Positions 1 to 12,486 of a stretch of DNA of 64,000 bases are shown here, one piece after another. Every line of letters starts with the position of its first letter. Within the stretch, counting starts at the first letter, position 1. The notes under the pieces are model-generated. The model did no database searches. It was not told the DNA's origin and saw only the letters and a program-made list of their open reading frames with translations. Both the position numbers and the translations under genes were made by a program. The stretch is from Octopus sinensis (Eukaryota), in the NCBI RefSeq assembly GCF_006345805.1, contig NC_043002.1, positions 106,392,001-106,456,000 of the forward strand. Direction: 5' to 3'.

Positions 1-17
1 ATTAATAAATTCAACAG

Positions 18-65
<48 letters not shown>

Positions 66-431
66 ACAAAAAGTATATATATATTTACCAAAAGTATATA
101 TATGATATAAAATATATATATATATATATATATAGGCACTACTATACGATATATGATCTATGCGTAAAAGAGTACGCTGCTGGAAAGGCGTGACATTAAG
201 TGTGACATTGTATAAGTAGGTTAGGTCACGTGGTTAGGTCAAGTGGTTCGTCAGCGATTAGGAATCACTCTTAATTACTTTAGTAAGGGTCATTGTGAAC
301 TTTGACGTCCCCTTAGTATTTAATCTTTAATCTTTTATGAGCTTTCTTCTATCCCTTCACTGAGGGGTCTCATTGATATTGCTGTTGCTGTAGTTGTTGT
401 TGTAGTTGGGGTTATAATAGCAATAATACTG

Positions 432-473
<42 letters not shown>

Positions 474-638
474 GTTGTTGTTGTTAGGAATTATTAAGGC
501 AATTGAGTGCATTTTTCTGTTCAAACTTCAGCGACACCAGCGCCGCTGCCGCTACTATTATTACTACCTCTACCAGCATTATTATTTAGATGTACCTTGT
601 CTCTCTTAACAAGTCATTGCCCTGAAACCATTGAAGCA

Positions 639-717
<79 letters not shown>

Positions 718-1186
718 AAGAGAGAGAGAAAGAGAGAAGAGATAGAGAGAGACAGAAGAAAGTGAAATAGTTGGAAAAAGAAATGATATAGATAAATATA
801 CGTAGGTAGAGATGGATTGATTGATAGCTCGAAAATACAAACAGATTGGTAGCTAAGTAATTAAGCATATAGAGATAAGCAGATATAAATAGACAGTTGA
901 CAGTTAGATAAACATATATAGATAAAATAAAAAAATAAGTGGTTGTTTGTCCTTTATCGTGATTTAGTGTGTAATAAATTCTGTGAGGTGTTTTATCCTT
1001 TGTAGATATTGTTAGACTTTAATGGACTTTAATGTTCTGCTTCAGAAACTTGTGCAATAAAATTTGGCCTAACAAACGGAACCCTTACACCTGCATTTAA
1101 TATTAAACTTACCTCGACATTCCCATATATGATATTGAAAAGAAAAGTTCAACCGACGGAAATACTCAGGTAAACGTAATCAACAG

Positions 1187-1227
<41 letters not shown>

Positions 1228-1386
1228 ATTCTTCAAACCTCATGTGATTGCTGTGTTGGTGTGATAAGAAAACAAACGAACCTTAGCTCTTTTTATCATT
1301 TAACCGTAAATTCTTAACGTTCTAGTTTTGCTGTCTTCCTGTCGATAGAAGAAAATATTCTAATATATATATACAGTAATAAAGCC

Positions 1387-1423
<37 letters not shown>

Positions 1424-1900
1424 AAACAAAATTTTGTTGATGACAATACTGGTTTGAGTATGAGAGAACGGCAACCGCGATTTCTGCGCAAAGGCCATTC
1501 GTAAAAACAAATAATCTTCTCCGATGAGGAATAGCCGCCTGCCCCACTCAATGACCAAGGCTAAAAACGGAAACCATTTTAAAAAGGTTGACCGTGAAAC
1601 TTAAACGACAATAATAACATCAACCACAGAAACAACAACAGCATCAGCATGCATCACCACCACCACCACCACCATAAGAACAAGAACAACAACAATCAAA
1701 GAAACAACAGCAGAAACAATTTCCAATAAAATCCATTTGACTATTTATTTTAAAAAAAATCCACTTCAAATGTCAAAGTTTGCGCATTTTATTCATTTAT
1801 ATAAATAATTAAATGCTTATTATACACGCCTGAAAACAAAACAACTTGCACAACCTCTTAGCTCCACTGAAATATCGAATGCTTTAAACTCATTATATAT

Positions 1901-1961
<61 letters not shown>

Positions 1962-2057
1962 ATATATATATATTATATATATATATATATAATATATATA
2001 TATATACAAAGTGAGATATATATATATATATATATATATACAAAGTGAGATAGGGGT

Positions 2058-2090
<33 letters not shown>

Positions 2091-2200
2091 ATATATATAT
2101 ATGCGTGTGTATATATGTGTATATATGAGTGTGCAGACAATAAGTACAAAAAATAAAAATATTTGAAACGAGTAAGTAGATATTTTAATTATAAACTGAG

Positions 2201-2237
<37 letters not shown>

Positions 2238-2823
2238 CTTCACCGTGTCTATTAGTTTCACGATGTCGCTACTCACACAATGAAGTAAATTTACCCATTG
2301 ACTACTCATTGACAAGATTTTTTGGAATCTAAATATTCGAGAATATAAACGCGGAGATGAACACTAGACGTTACTATAGATGTTGTCTGTGGTTATAAAA
2401 ACAATATATATATATAAATATGGATGTTAATGTTTACATATAAAACAAGGCTGTCGTCTTTACAATGGAAACGTCTTGTCACGTATTTCAGTGGTGAAGT
2501 TTGGTTTGTTCGTTTCTTGCGAATAGTAGAACAACATTTCCTTTCAAAATGAACTGTGAATAATACATCAATATATCATAATAGTGTATAACATTTTCCC
2601 TTTCGAACAGTAAGCTATACATATATATATATAGTCGTATGGTCTCTTGACTAGCCAGTGAAAACGTGCCATTATTGCTGCCTGGTATTTCCACCACATT
2701 AAAAAAAAAAAAAATCCAACTATGACCACCACACCTTCCATAATTTTCATAACTACAAATTATCTGCCACATCAACAACTACAGAATATTTACCCAAACC
2801 ATACATTGTCTATTTCAAATTAA

Positions 2824-4011
2824 ATGTTCATATTGATGCGAAAACGAAAGAGAACGTTAACTATGGTGACTGCTGGCGCCATCATTGCTCTGCCGTCACC
2901 GCTTTTCATGGCATTTATTTTCGCAATTATAATGTTTCTGATTTACAACTGGAAGTTCTTCCAGACCGATGATGCCATGCCGGTCGCTTATTATAAGGAG
3001 TCCGCTCTGGCGACACACATTATGAAAAAATGCAAGCAACTGTGTCAGCCGTTCAAACCAACCCTGTGGATCAGGAATAAGCACATTCAGACGTTACTTA
3101 CCCCATGGTTGTCCAATTCTCAAGTGCAATACGAAAGGGAATATTTACAGATGCGGGATCGTGGTATTGTTTCTGTCGACTGGGCATCGCTCCGAGATAG
3201 ACGCATTCGTGAGTCGAACACGGTTTTCATCATTATCCCGGATGTAGCCCGGGATGCAACCAGTGTCAGCCGATTAACTAAACATGCGACTGACCGAGGT
3301 TTTCGCGTGGCTGTATTCAATCGACGCGGCCACGCCAACAGTTTCTTGACTTCTCCAAAACTACAAGGCTTTGGCGACCCGACAGACTTGCGACAAGTAG
3401 TTAAGTACATTAGGGGAGTATATAGCCGAGCCAATTTGGTAGCGGTGGCGATGGGGACAGGAAGTGGCCTTTTACTTTCCTACCTTGGTGAATATGGCTC
3501 TTCGGCCCATCTCGCCGCCAGTGTGTGTGTGTCAGCCTGTTATGAAGCACAAGAATTGTTAGGCAAAGACATAAAGAACATTTACGACTTTTTCTACCTC
3601 CTCAGACAAAAGAGGGCACTCAGTCCTCATGTACCGGCTCTCACCGGTCACTTAGATTTATTATCGCTGTTCAACAGCTGGACATTTCGAGACTTCGACG
3701 AGAGATTGTACTGTAAAATGTACGGACATAAATCAATCGACGATTACTGGGAAAGAAACAATCCAATGAGAGACGCGGACGATATTGCTGTGCCTCTTCT
3801 GTGTATCAACAGTCTCGATGACCCTATGTTCCCTAAAAGCAATATCCCTTATGATCTGTTTAAATGTTACCCCAATCTATTTCTGGTGGTCACCGAAAGA
3901 GGGGGCCACTGTGGTTTCATTGAGAACTTGACGACTGCAGTGTCGTGGGCCGAGTGCTTGACGATTCGTTATATAGAGGCTGTGTTGGACGCTCAACTTA
4001 AAATAAAATGA
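2824..4011 (+). CDS. ABHD15: ABHD15-like alpha/beta-hydrolase domain protein (ABHD1/2/3/15 family), single coding exon
   Basis: 395-aa uninterrupted ORF with an N-terminal hydrophobic anchor and family motifs (FKPTLWIRNKHIQT, EREYLQMRDRGIVSVDW, FNRRGH, GTGSGLLLSYLGEYGSS, YWERNNPMRDADDIAVPLLCINSLDDP, GGHCGF). The LLLSYLGE and NxPxRDxDxxAVPxLCIxSxDDP blocks fit ABHD15 best. The real start may be a downstream Met (e.g. MVTAG). Confidence 0.9.
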   Translation: MFILMRKRKRTLTMVTAGAIIALPSPLFMAFIFAIIMFLIYNWKFFQTDDAMPVAYYKESALATHIMKKCKQLCQPFKPTLWIRNKHIQTLLTPWLSNSQVQYEREYLQMRDRGIVSVDWASLRDRRIRESNTVFIIIPDVARDATSVSRLTKHATDRGFRVAVFNRRGHANSFLTSPKLQGFGDPTDLRQVVKYIRGVYSRANLVAVAMGTGSGLLLSYLGEYGSSAHLAASVCVSACYEAQELLGKDIKNIYDFFYLLRQKRALSPHVPALTGHLDLLSLFNSWTFRDFDERLYCKMYGHKSIDDYWERNNPMRDADDIAVPLLCINSLDDPMFPKSNIPYDLFKCYPNLFLVVTERGGHCGFIENLTTAVSWAECLTIRYIEAVLDAQLKIK

Positions 4012-4018
4012 AAATTGT

Positions 4019-4019
4019 A

Positions 4020-4102
<83 letters not shown>

Positions 4103-4677
4103 CATTGTTATTGTTGTTATTGTTATTATTATTGTTATTACTATTATTATTATTATTATTATTGTTATTATTTATTATTGTTATTGTTTTTTATTATTAT
4201 TTTATTATTATTATTTTGTTATTGTTATTATTATTGTTATTGTTATTATATTATTATTATATTTTGTTATTGTTATTATTATATTATTATATTATTGTTA
4301 TTATTTATTATTGTTATTATTATATATTATTGTATTGTTATTATTATTATATTATTATTATTATTATTATTATTATTGTTATTATTATTATTATTATTAT
4401 GTTGTTGTTGTTATTGTTATTATTATTGTTATTATTATTATTATTATTGTTATTGCTATTATTATTATTATTGAGTGAGAGAGCAGTGCATGCCATCAAA
4501 GTGACACTGGGGTAAAATATACGAAGCCCAACATACCCATCATGACTACCCGTCTGATAAGGTACACCATTATTATTATTATTATTGTTGTTGTTGTTAT
4601 TATTATTACTATTATTACTATTATTATTATTATTATTATTGTTATTGTTGTTGTTGTTGCTGTTGCTGTTGTTTTTA

Positions 4678-4715
<38 letters not shown>

Positions 4716-4719
4716 GTTA

Positions 4720-4751
<32 letters not shown>

Positions 4752-4791
4752 GTGATTGTTATTATTATTATTATTATTATTGTTATTGTTA

Positions 4792-4823
<32 letters not shown>

Positions 4824-4848
4824 GTTATTGTTATTATTATTATTGTTA

Positions 4849-4883
<35 letters not shown>

Positions 4884-5028
4884 ATTATTGTTATTGTTAT
4901 TATTATTATTATTATTATTATCATTATTACTATTATTATTATTGTTATTATTATTATTATAATTATTGTTATTGTTATTATTATTATTATTATTATTGTT
5001 ATTATTATTATTATTATTATTGTTGTTG

Positions 5029-5090
<62 letters not shown>

Positions 5091-5105
5091 TTATTATTAT
5101 TATTT
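4019..5105. repeat. (ATT)n/(GTT)n microsatellite complex
   Basis: Directly visible; interrupted at 4473-4569. Source of the poly-I/L/Y ORFs in the track. Confidence 0.95.
4473..4569 (-). mobile_element. 3' end (97 bp) of the ~550-bp TAA-associated non-autonomous element
   Basis: GAGTGAGAGAGCAGTGCATGCCATCAAAGTGACACTGGGG... matches the starts of the copies at 5534 and 7265 and the reverse complement of the end of the copy at 12487-13042. Confidence 0.85.
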
Positions 5106-5140
5106 GCGGTCATCGTTGTTATCGTTGTCGTCGTTTATTA

Positions 5141-5203
5141 TAACAGTTCCAATCAGTTAGGATCAGAAACCATGTGCCACTGTCTGGTATTGCATCAGAG
5201 CAA
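5141..5203 (-). mobile_element. 5' end fragment of the ~550-bp TAA-associated element
   Basis: TTCCAATCAGTTAGGATCAGAAACCATG..CCACTGTCTGGTATTGCATCAGAGCA matches the opposite terminus of the full copies. Confidence 0.75.
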
Positions 5204-5466
5204 TCATCGGTGCCACCACCACCACCACCACCACCACCATCATCATCATCGTCGTCGTCGTCGTCATCATCATCATCATCATCATTTTATTATCATTTCT
5301 TTTTATAACAGGTTTTATTGGAACTCCTAGAGTATTACATACATAACGGGCTCACTACCTGCAACCAACGGTACCATGCTATTCGCTTTATCCAGCTATC
5401 TAATACTTTCCTGATTATTCTGGCCGTGCCAAGGAATCAAACCTTTTACAGTTCTACGGGAAACTC

Positions 5467-5533
<67 letters not shown>

Positions 5534-6071
5534 GAGCGAGAGAGCAGTGCATGCCATCAAAGTGACACTGGGGTAAAATATACGAAGCCCAATATACCCA
5601 TCATGACTACCCGTCTGATAAAGGTACACCAGGCACATGCATCACAACCATATGTGCGCGACATGGTGATCTCATATCAAGATAAACAGCACATGACCTT
5701 GCAGGTGGGGCCCAGTTAGAATTTTCTTCAGGTTGAGTAGCCCATCCCGCTCAAAAGGTCCCTGAATAAGGGTTGTTTAAGAATGTTGAAAGAACAACCC
5801 ATGTTTCCAGAGGTGAATTATTCAACCCCAAAGAATCCCTCTCTCAACACGTGGTTATGATGCCCTCCACTACTTCTGCTCGTGATCAGAGATGCACATA
5901 TCGTCAGCACTAAGGGACATCTCTAACCGGTTAAGGTCAAACAACTGACAAGCAAATCTGTGGTATTGAGCAGAATATTTGCTGTAACCCATCTTTTATA
6001 CCAAGACAAAACAATGTACATAATAATACTTCCAAACAGTTAAGACTAGAAGCCATGAGAGCCACTGTCTG

Positions 6072-6075
<4 letters not shown>
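5534..6075 (-). mobile_element. ~550-bp TAA-associated non-autonomous retroposon, near full length
   Basis: Collinear with 7265-7813 and, inverted, with 12487-13042; flanked on both sides by (ATT)n. Confidence 0.85.
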
Positions 6076-6135
<60 letters not shown>

Positions 6136-6137
<2 letters not shown>

Positions 6138-6429
6138 TTGACTTTTGCTTTGTATTTGTACAAGTTGACTACAAGTCTCACGTAAAGGCCTCAAGAGACA
6201 ACAAGTTATAAGTTATTTATGCCTAGGGTGTCATGTATTTGGTTCAAAGGAATTTATTGTTCAAAGGAATGTTTAAGAAAACATAAGAAAATTATGAATT
6301 TGTTTTAAAGTTTGAGATTACGTAGACAGTATTTAAACGCAGGATATGGGTACTTCCCATGAGCTCTATCTTTTGAATTCTTGCCATTTTGGGGTTTCCT
6401 GGTATCTGAGCTAGGTACGAATAAGCCCC

Positions 6430-6431
<2 letters not shown>
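6136..6431 (-). mobile_element. R4/Dong-type LINE 3' end (family B)
   Basis: Minus strand reads YLAQIPGNPKMARIQKIELMGSTHILR, typical of the C-terminus of the restriction-like endonuclease; followed by a 3' UTR and a (TAA)n tail. Confidence 0.7.
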
Positions 6432-6463
<32 letters not shown>

Positions 6464-6479
6464 TATTATTATTATTATG

Positions 6480-6560
<81 letters not shown>

Positions 6561-6562
6561 TA

Positions 6563-6599
<37 letters not shown>

Positions 6600-6602
<3 letters not shown>

Positions 6603-6690
6603 TAGTTTTATTTTTATAGCAAGCTTCTACTTCACTACCGAGCGCAGCTCTGTGTGCCTTGGGTATGTGCTGTGATTTGTTGTGATGCTC

Positions 6691-6691
<1 letters not shown>
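6600..6691 (-). mobile_element. Probable R4/Dong-type LINE extreme 3' UTR (family C)
   Basis: 92-bp unique segment between two ATT arrays, ending AAAACTACTG(AAT)n on the minus strand. Assigned from context, not from coding similarity. Confidence 0.5.
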
Positions 6692-6755
<64 letters not shown>

Positions 6756-7121
6756 GCCTTTTCATAGCTTCTAATGCTGTAGATGTACTACGGTGTCAGC
6801 TGTTCACTATCAGTGAACTAAGGTAACACCTCTTATTTTTCGTGCACCTTTCGGAGTATTCGAGCGGTTACAATCAGTGCTGTATTTTGCAAGTGCTCCA
6901 ACCTTATTGCAGCCCTTATTTGTTCCATGTGCTTCTCAAGATTTTTACTCACTGTTCTCAGGGCTCCGACAATTATTGGTACTACTGCTACATTTTTCCT
7001 CGACCACAATTGCCTAACCTCCCAAGCTAACCTGTTATATCTCTCGACTTTTCTTTCTTCCTTATCGCATACCTTGTTGTCAGTTGGGCATGCTATAGCT
7101 ATGATCCAGCATAGTTTACTT
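6756..7121 (-). mobile_element. R4/Dong-type LINE 3' end (family D)
   Basis: Minus strand reads KLCWIIAIACPTDNKVCDKEERKVERYNRLAWEVRQLW..VVPIIVGALRTV..TALIVTARILRKV* (REL endonuclease C-terminus), then a short UTR and an (AAT)n tail. Confidence 0.8.
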
Positions 7122-7133
7122 TCTTTTCTTTCT

Positions 7134-7169
<36 letters not shown>

Positions 7170-7170
7170 T

Positions 7171-7211
<41 letters not shown>

Positions 7212-7231
7212 TTCTTCTTCTTCTTCTTCTT

Positions 7232-7262
<31 letters not shown>

Positions 7263-7264
7263 TT

Positions 7265-7810
7265 GAGTGAGAGAGAAGTGCATACTATCAAAGTGACACC
7301 GAGGTAAAATATACGAAGCCCAGTCTACCCATCATGACTACCCGTCTAATAAGGGTACACCAAGCACATGCATATATGCGCGATATGGTGATCTCTTATC
7401 AAGATAAACAGCACATGACCTTGCAGGTGGGGTCCAGTTAGAATTCTCTTCAGGTCGAGTAGCCCATTCTGCTCAAAAGCTTCCCGAATAAGGGTTGCTT
7501 AGGGATGTTGAACGAAATACCCATGTTTGCAGAGGTAAATTATTCAAACCCCAAACCCCAAAGAATTACTCTCAACACATGGCTCTGATGCTCCCCCACT
7601 ACTTCTGTCCGTGATCAGAGATGCACATATCATCAGCCACCAAAGGACATGCTCAACTTGTTAACGTCAAACAACTGACAAGCAAATCTGTGATATTGAG
7701 TAGAATATTTGCTGTAGCCCATCTTCTATACCAAGACAAAACAATGTATATGACACTTCCAATCTGTTAAGATCAGAAGCCAAGAGATCCACTGTCGGTA
7801 CTGCATCAGG

Positions 7811-7813
<3 letters not shown>
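7265..7813 (-). mobile_element. ~550-bp TAA-associated non-autonomous retroposon, full length
   Basis: Collinear with 5534-6075. On the + strand it is preceded by TATT/(CTT)n/(CTTT)n and followed by (ATC)n. Confidence 0.85.
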
Positions 7814-7843
<30 letters not shown>

Positions 7844-7844
<1 letters not shown>

Positions 7845-8083
7845 TTTCCTTCTTTCTTCAAATTTTCTTCCGTTTCTCGCCGGGTGTTTTCCTTACACCT
7901 AGGACCTAGAAGCTCATTGTATGCATTCCCAGATTACACACGCAAATTCACAGGTAAAATATGTATTTAAAAAATAAATAAATAAATAAATAAATTCATG
8001 GATGGATGTTGGTTTCACAGCGATAGTGCTCTTCTCAGTACATGAGTCGTTCCAGTTAACACGATTTTTTGCACTTTCTGTGC
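7844..8083 (-). mobile_element. 5'-truncated second copy of the 13533-16620 Dong-like LINE (family A)
   Basis: Reverse complement aligns to about 16385-16620 (AAGTGCAAAAAATCGTGTTAACTGGAACG..AGAGCACTATCGCTGTGA plus the whole 3' UTR); (TGA)n tail. Confidence 0.85.
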
Positions 8084-8096
8084 AAGACTTAGTCTT

Positions 8097-8200
8097 TCAA
8101 CCTTTCAGGGTCGAAAAATGAGTATCAATTGAGCACAGGGATCGATGTAATCAACTTACCCACTTCCTCGAAACTGCTGGCCTTAAGCCAAGATTTCCTT
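8097..8200 (+). mobile_element. SINE 3' fragment
   Basis: CCTTTCAGGGTCGAAAAATGAGTA..GGGATCGATGTAATCAACTT..GCTGGCCTT; related to the minus-strand copy at 35050-35275. Confidence 0.45.
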
Positions 8201-8411
8201 TACAACAACTTTTGCACTTCTACGTTTCTCGAGGCACTTGCAACTTCCGCTTTTCAGAATATACACTTGTGTTTGTATGCAATAATTTGTTGTGTAGTAA
8301 CATGAACGTAATGTGAACCGTATTATTTGGTTGGCTGGGTTTCGTGTTACGTAAGCAGGGCGTGATTAATTGTTTGTTAAAGTGTCTAGGAAGTGGTAAT
8401 TTTGTAAACTG

Positions 8412-9563
8412 TTGGGTTGTTAGATAAATTCGTTCGTTTCTTCCCAAAGTCACTTTTGAAATTTAAACTGATCACTTTTGAAATTGAAATAAATTTACCT
8501 ATTTTCAGAAAAATGAAACGGGTGTTTTCACCACCTACCTCTATTCGCTTTCAATCACGGTTCCAAATGTGGCAAAGCCAATCGAGATATGTGTGCTGTG
8601 AACAGAGAAGGGGCTGTTACTGACAGAATTACACAGAAATGGTTTTCACATTTCAAAGAGGGGAAACTCGACTTCACAGACTCTTCACGTTCCAACTTCA
8701 CAACTCTTTACGTTCAATAAAGATGGATTAAGCCAGTTCATTCACTCGGGAACTGGCTCAGCAGAGACGATGCTCTTATGATACTGTTACCCGTCCCCTT
8801 CGCTCAATGAGTAAGGTCCCCAAACTCGGTGCATGGATGCCACATGCTCTGAACGGAAGGCACAAACTCCAGCACTCCCTTATCACCGGCAGTCTGCTCG
8901 CTCGACACCAGGCTACTCGTGGACACAAACAGAGATTTCTTCATCGCATCGTTACCGGCGAAAATGGTGTTTTTACGTTAATATGAAGCAGAAGAACTAA
9001 TGGTTGAGTCAAGACAAATAAGCAACATCTCGAGCCAAGCCAGAGCTGCATCCATACAAGACAATGATTTACGTTTGGTGGTACTGAGAAGGGATAATCC
9101 ACTATGAAATGCAGAGCTTTATGTTCACCAAATGCACCGGCTCAATGAGGTAATCCAACTGAAATTACCCATCCGGCAACATGGCGTGCTTTTTCAACAC
9201 GATAACGCTCGTCCTCATGTCGCTAATTTGACCAAAAATGCTACTGAAGAACTCGGTTGGGAAGGTCTATCGCACCCACCGTGTTCTGATATAAAACCTT
9301 CAGACTTATCACCTTTGTTTTTGGTCGCTCTACAACAGTCCTGCGAAATGTTTCGTTCAACAACGGCGGGGAGCTGAAAACGAAGCCCTATGTATTCTTA
9401 GAATCAAGCTCCGGTGATTTCTACCCTCAAGACATTGACTATCTTGTGGAACGCTGGCAGGAAATCGTGAGCAATGAAGGAGAATATGTTTTTGATGAAA
9501 AGTAAGGGTTAAAATAAAGGACTCCACCCACCAAAAAACGAACGAATTTATCTGACAATCCAA
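8412..9563 (+). mobile_element. Degenerate mariner transposon with both TIRs
   Basis: 28-bp TIRs at 8412-8439 and 9536-9563 (26/28 match). Frameshifted transposase motifs WMPHAL (WVPHEL), HRIVTG, VLFQHDNARPH and GWEGLSHPP. Confidence 0.85.
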
Positions 9564-9932
9564 TGTATACTCAGTGGATTGCGTTTTGTTGTTGCTGTCG
9601 TTGCTGTTGTTGTTGTTGCTTAAGCCTGCACTTATTCTCTTCTTATACTAACTTACAGTATTCACCAAAGAGAGTGTTGATGCTTTCCTTCTATTTCCCA
9701 CAGGTTCAGCGTTTAGTCTCTGGTTATTATTATCAATAATATTTATATGCTAACTTTTGTCTTTTTTACGTACGTACGTACCTGTGATGTGTGTCACGCT
9801 TACTTCAAAGGAAGAGGTAAAAAGGTTGAAAGGAAAGGTACAAAGAAAAAGAGAAATAAAAGGTATTAAGCAGAGGAGGTATAGTTGAAATGAGTGGCAA
9901 AGCGGGAGAGAGGAGGAACAGAGAGGAAGTGA

Positions 9933-9970
<38 letters not shown>

Positions 9971-10069
9971 GTGGTGACTAAAAGGAAAGTAGCGTTCTCT
10001 TTTTTGTTTTTAAATATTTATCAGTATTTTTAGAGTAGACTGATGCATACATCGAAAGAAAAGTAGATA

Positions 10070-10273
10070 CAGTAATCCCTCGCTTTATCGCGGTTTATAA
10101 GCTTACGTCGATTCTGTTGTGGTGTTGTGTTCATTTATAATAAAATAAATATATACAAATAATAAAATTAATAAAAAAAATATGCAGTACAGTACTGTTT
10201 CTACTTCGCGGATTTTCAACTATCGCGGGGGGTGGGGTGGAACAAAACGACCGTGATATTCAAGGGATTACTG
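10070..10273. mobile_element. pogo/Tigger-type MITE (204 bp)
   Basis: TIRs CAGTAATCCCT(C/T)G; inserted after a TA; the empty site is preserved in the adjacent tandem duplicate. Confidence 0.75.
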
Positions 10274-11058
10274 AACATACATAATATATATATACATACA
10301 TACATACACACGTTGTTAAATTAAAAGCGGGAGAGAGGAAGGAAGAAAGAGGGAGTGAGACAGAAAGAGATTGAGAGAAACAGTGAATGGTGACTGAAAG
10401 GAAGGTGGTGTTCGTTTTGTGTTTTTAAATGTTGATCAGTATTTTCAGAGTAGACTGATACATACATCGAAAGAAAAGTAGATACATAGATACACGCACA
10501 CATTGTTAAATCAAATACAAATAATTACTGCCACTTTTACTTTTCAATACCACACGAGGATAAAATTAAGGCGCAAGTGGCTGAGTGTTCCACTGACATG
10601 CATACCATTAACGTAGTTCTCAGCCTCACACAGAATGAGACAAAGCTAGCCCCTTTGAATTACAGCCACAACTCATTTTGGCCAGCTGAATAGACTGGAG
10701 CAAGATAAACATTCAAATGATTGGAAGAAAACGAAAAAAAACATCCTCAATAGGGGCAGGTAAATCATTATGTACACGCATGATTATATTTTTATGTACA
10801 TATTTATATACGTATTCAATGATTTTACTAAGATTTGGTATGCATGAAGAACCTGTGCAGATGAATAACTTTCAGTGGGTGTAACTTGCACTGCACTATC
10901 CCCGCCTATTGGCCTATGAAGACTTGCGCCGGTGTGCCATGAAAATTGACAAAACGAGGAATTTCCAAGGCCTCAGGTTTTATTTCGGAGATTTCCTTCT
11001 CCTAGGTAGATTACCAACCAAGGTTAAAGAGCTTCTACCTATGCATACATATTTACTT

Positions 11059-11300
<242 letters not shown>

Positions 11301-11554
11301 ACGTATATATGTGTGTGAGTATGTGAGGGTGTACTTATATTTTGAATTTGCGTAAGCTTCCTACAATTTGAGTTATCATACTGACAAAGGTCAGCAGTTT
11401 TCAACTAGGATTTAAAATCACAGATGGCATTCCTAAATAATAGTTGACGAGAATGTGGCATAAGGTCACAGATAAAACGAGACGTTGCCCTCATCAAATG
11501 AAATACAATAATTATTAGAATTACTACTATAAAAGCTGATGACAAAGTTAACAA

Positions 11555-11608
11555 ACGGAACCGTATGGTTGGTAAGCAAGCTTCTTACCACACAGCCACT
11601 CATGCGCC
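11555..11608 (-). mobile_element. tRNA-like head fragment of SINE family 1
   Basis: Minus strand GGCGCATGAGTGGCTGTGTGGTAAGAAGCTTGCTTACCAACCATACGGTTCCG matches the heads at 17498 and 21089. Confidence 0.7.
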
Positions 11609-12313
11609 TTTTAAGTTCGTTTACAGGAAAGGTTTTGAATATCCTCTTCTGGCGATGCCATTTTGTGGGGAATCGCACCGGGCTGGGACGATATGAAGTA
11701 GGATAAATATAGTAATGATAATAATAATCCTTGGATGGATTTTAAATATTTTTTAATGCATCGCTACGTGCTTTTCCACGAATCACATTTTTTCTTAAGA
11801 TCGTAGTCTGTATTCCCGAGGTGATTATAGTGCAGTCTGTAGTATCCGTGGACATCAGGTAGATCATGTTCATGCATTTCGGAAGAAATGAAAGACATCT
11901 GATGTCAAATAAGTCAGTGTTGAATCAGCGACGCCAAAACAGCGGCGCCAAAACGTCCCATATCCATATGTATAGCATACAACACTTAGCGAATTCTCTC
12001 CACCAGAACATCAAAATGACCCCTGAATTCCGGTTCAGGACCTCCTCCCCTATAGAAAACTTCTAGCACTAGATATCTAACTGTGGGTAGAACGACTGGT
12101 AACAAAATCAGTAGCTCCATACCGACTCTATGAACTGCTGGAGCATGCACATCATGTCATATACCACATACAAACCCCAGAATGTAGCCAACAGGACAGG
12201 ATTAGGTGTTTTGGAGGGGCAAAAAAAAGTGGTTACATATGATCTTCAGTAATGATGCCAATGGTATAAGTCCCATAAAATGGAATACATCCTGGAATAG
12301 TTTAGAAAGGTGA

Positions 12314-12316
<3 letters not shown>

Positions 12317-12378
<62 letters not shown>

Positions 12379-12388
12379 TAAAAATAAA

Positions 12389-12480
<92 letters not shown>

Positions 12481-12486
12481 TAATAA
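12317..12486. repeat. (AAT)n array
   Basis: Directly visible; left flank of the ~550-bp element. Confidence 0.95.

Noticed and set aside
1085-1560. Possible minus-strand exons (acceptor near 1560, GTAAG donor near 1112)
   Set aside because: Several frames are open and no peptide was recognised; could equally be ABHD15 promoter or 5' UTR sequence.
4008-5330. Long poly-Ile/Leu/Tyr ORFs (also 13016-13624, 16471-16984)
   Set aside because: Translations of (ATT)n/(AAT)n arrays; no protein-like composition.
11534-11575. CTGATGA..GGAAC hammerhead-like string
   Set aside because: No stem I or stem II pairing, and the 3' part is a SINE head.
11700-12310. Unique, moderately GC-richer block with short ORFs on both strands
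   Set aside because: No recognisable protein, RNA or repeat motif; left unannotated.
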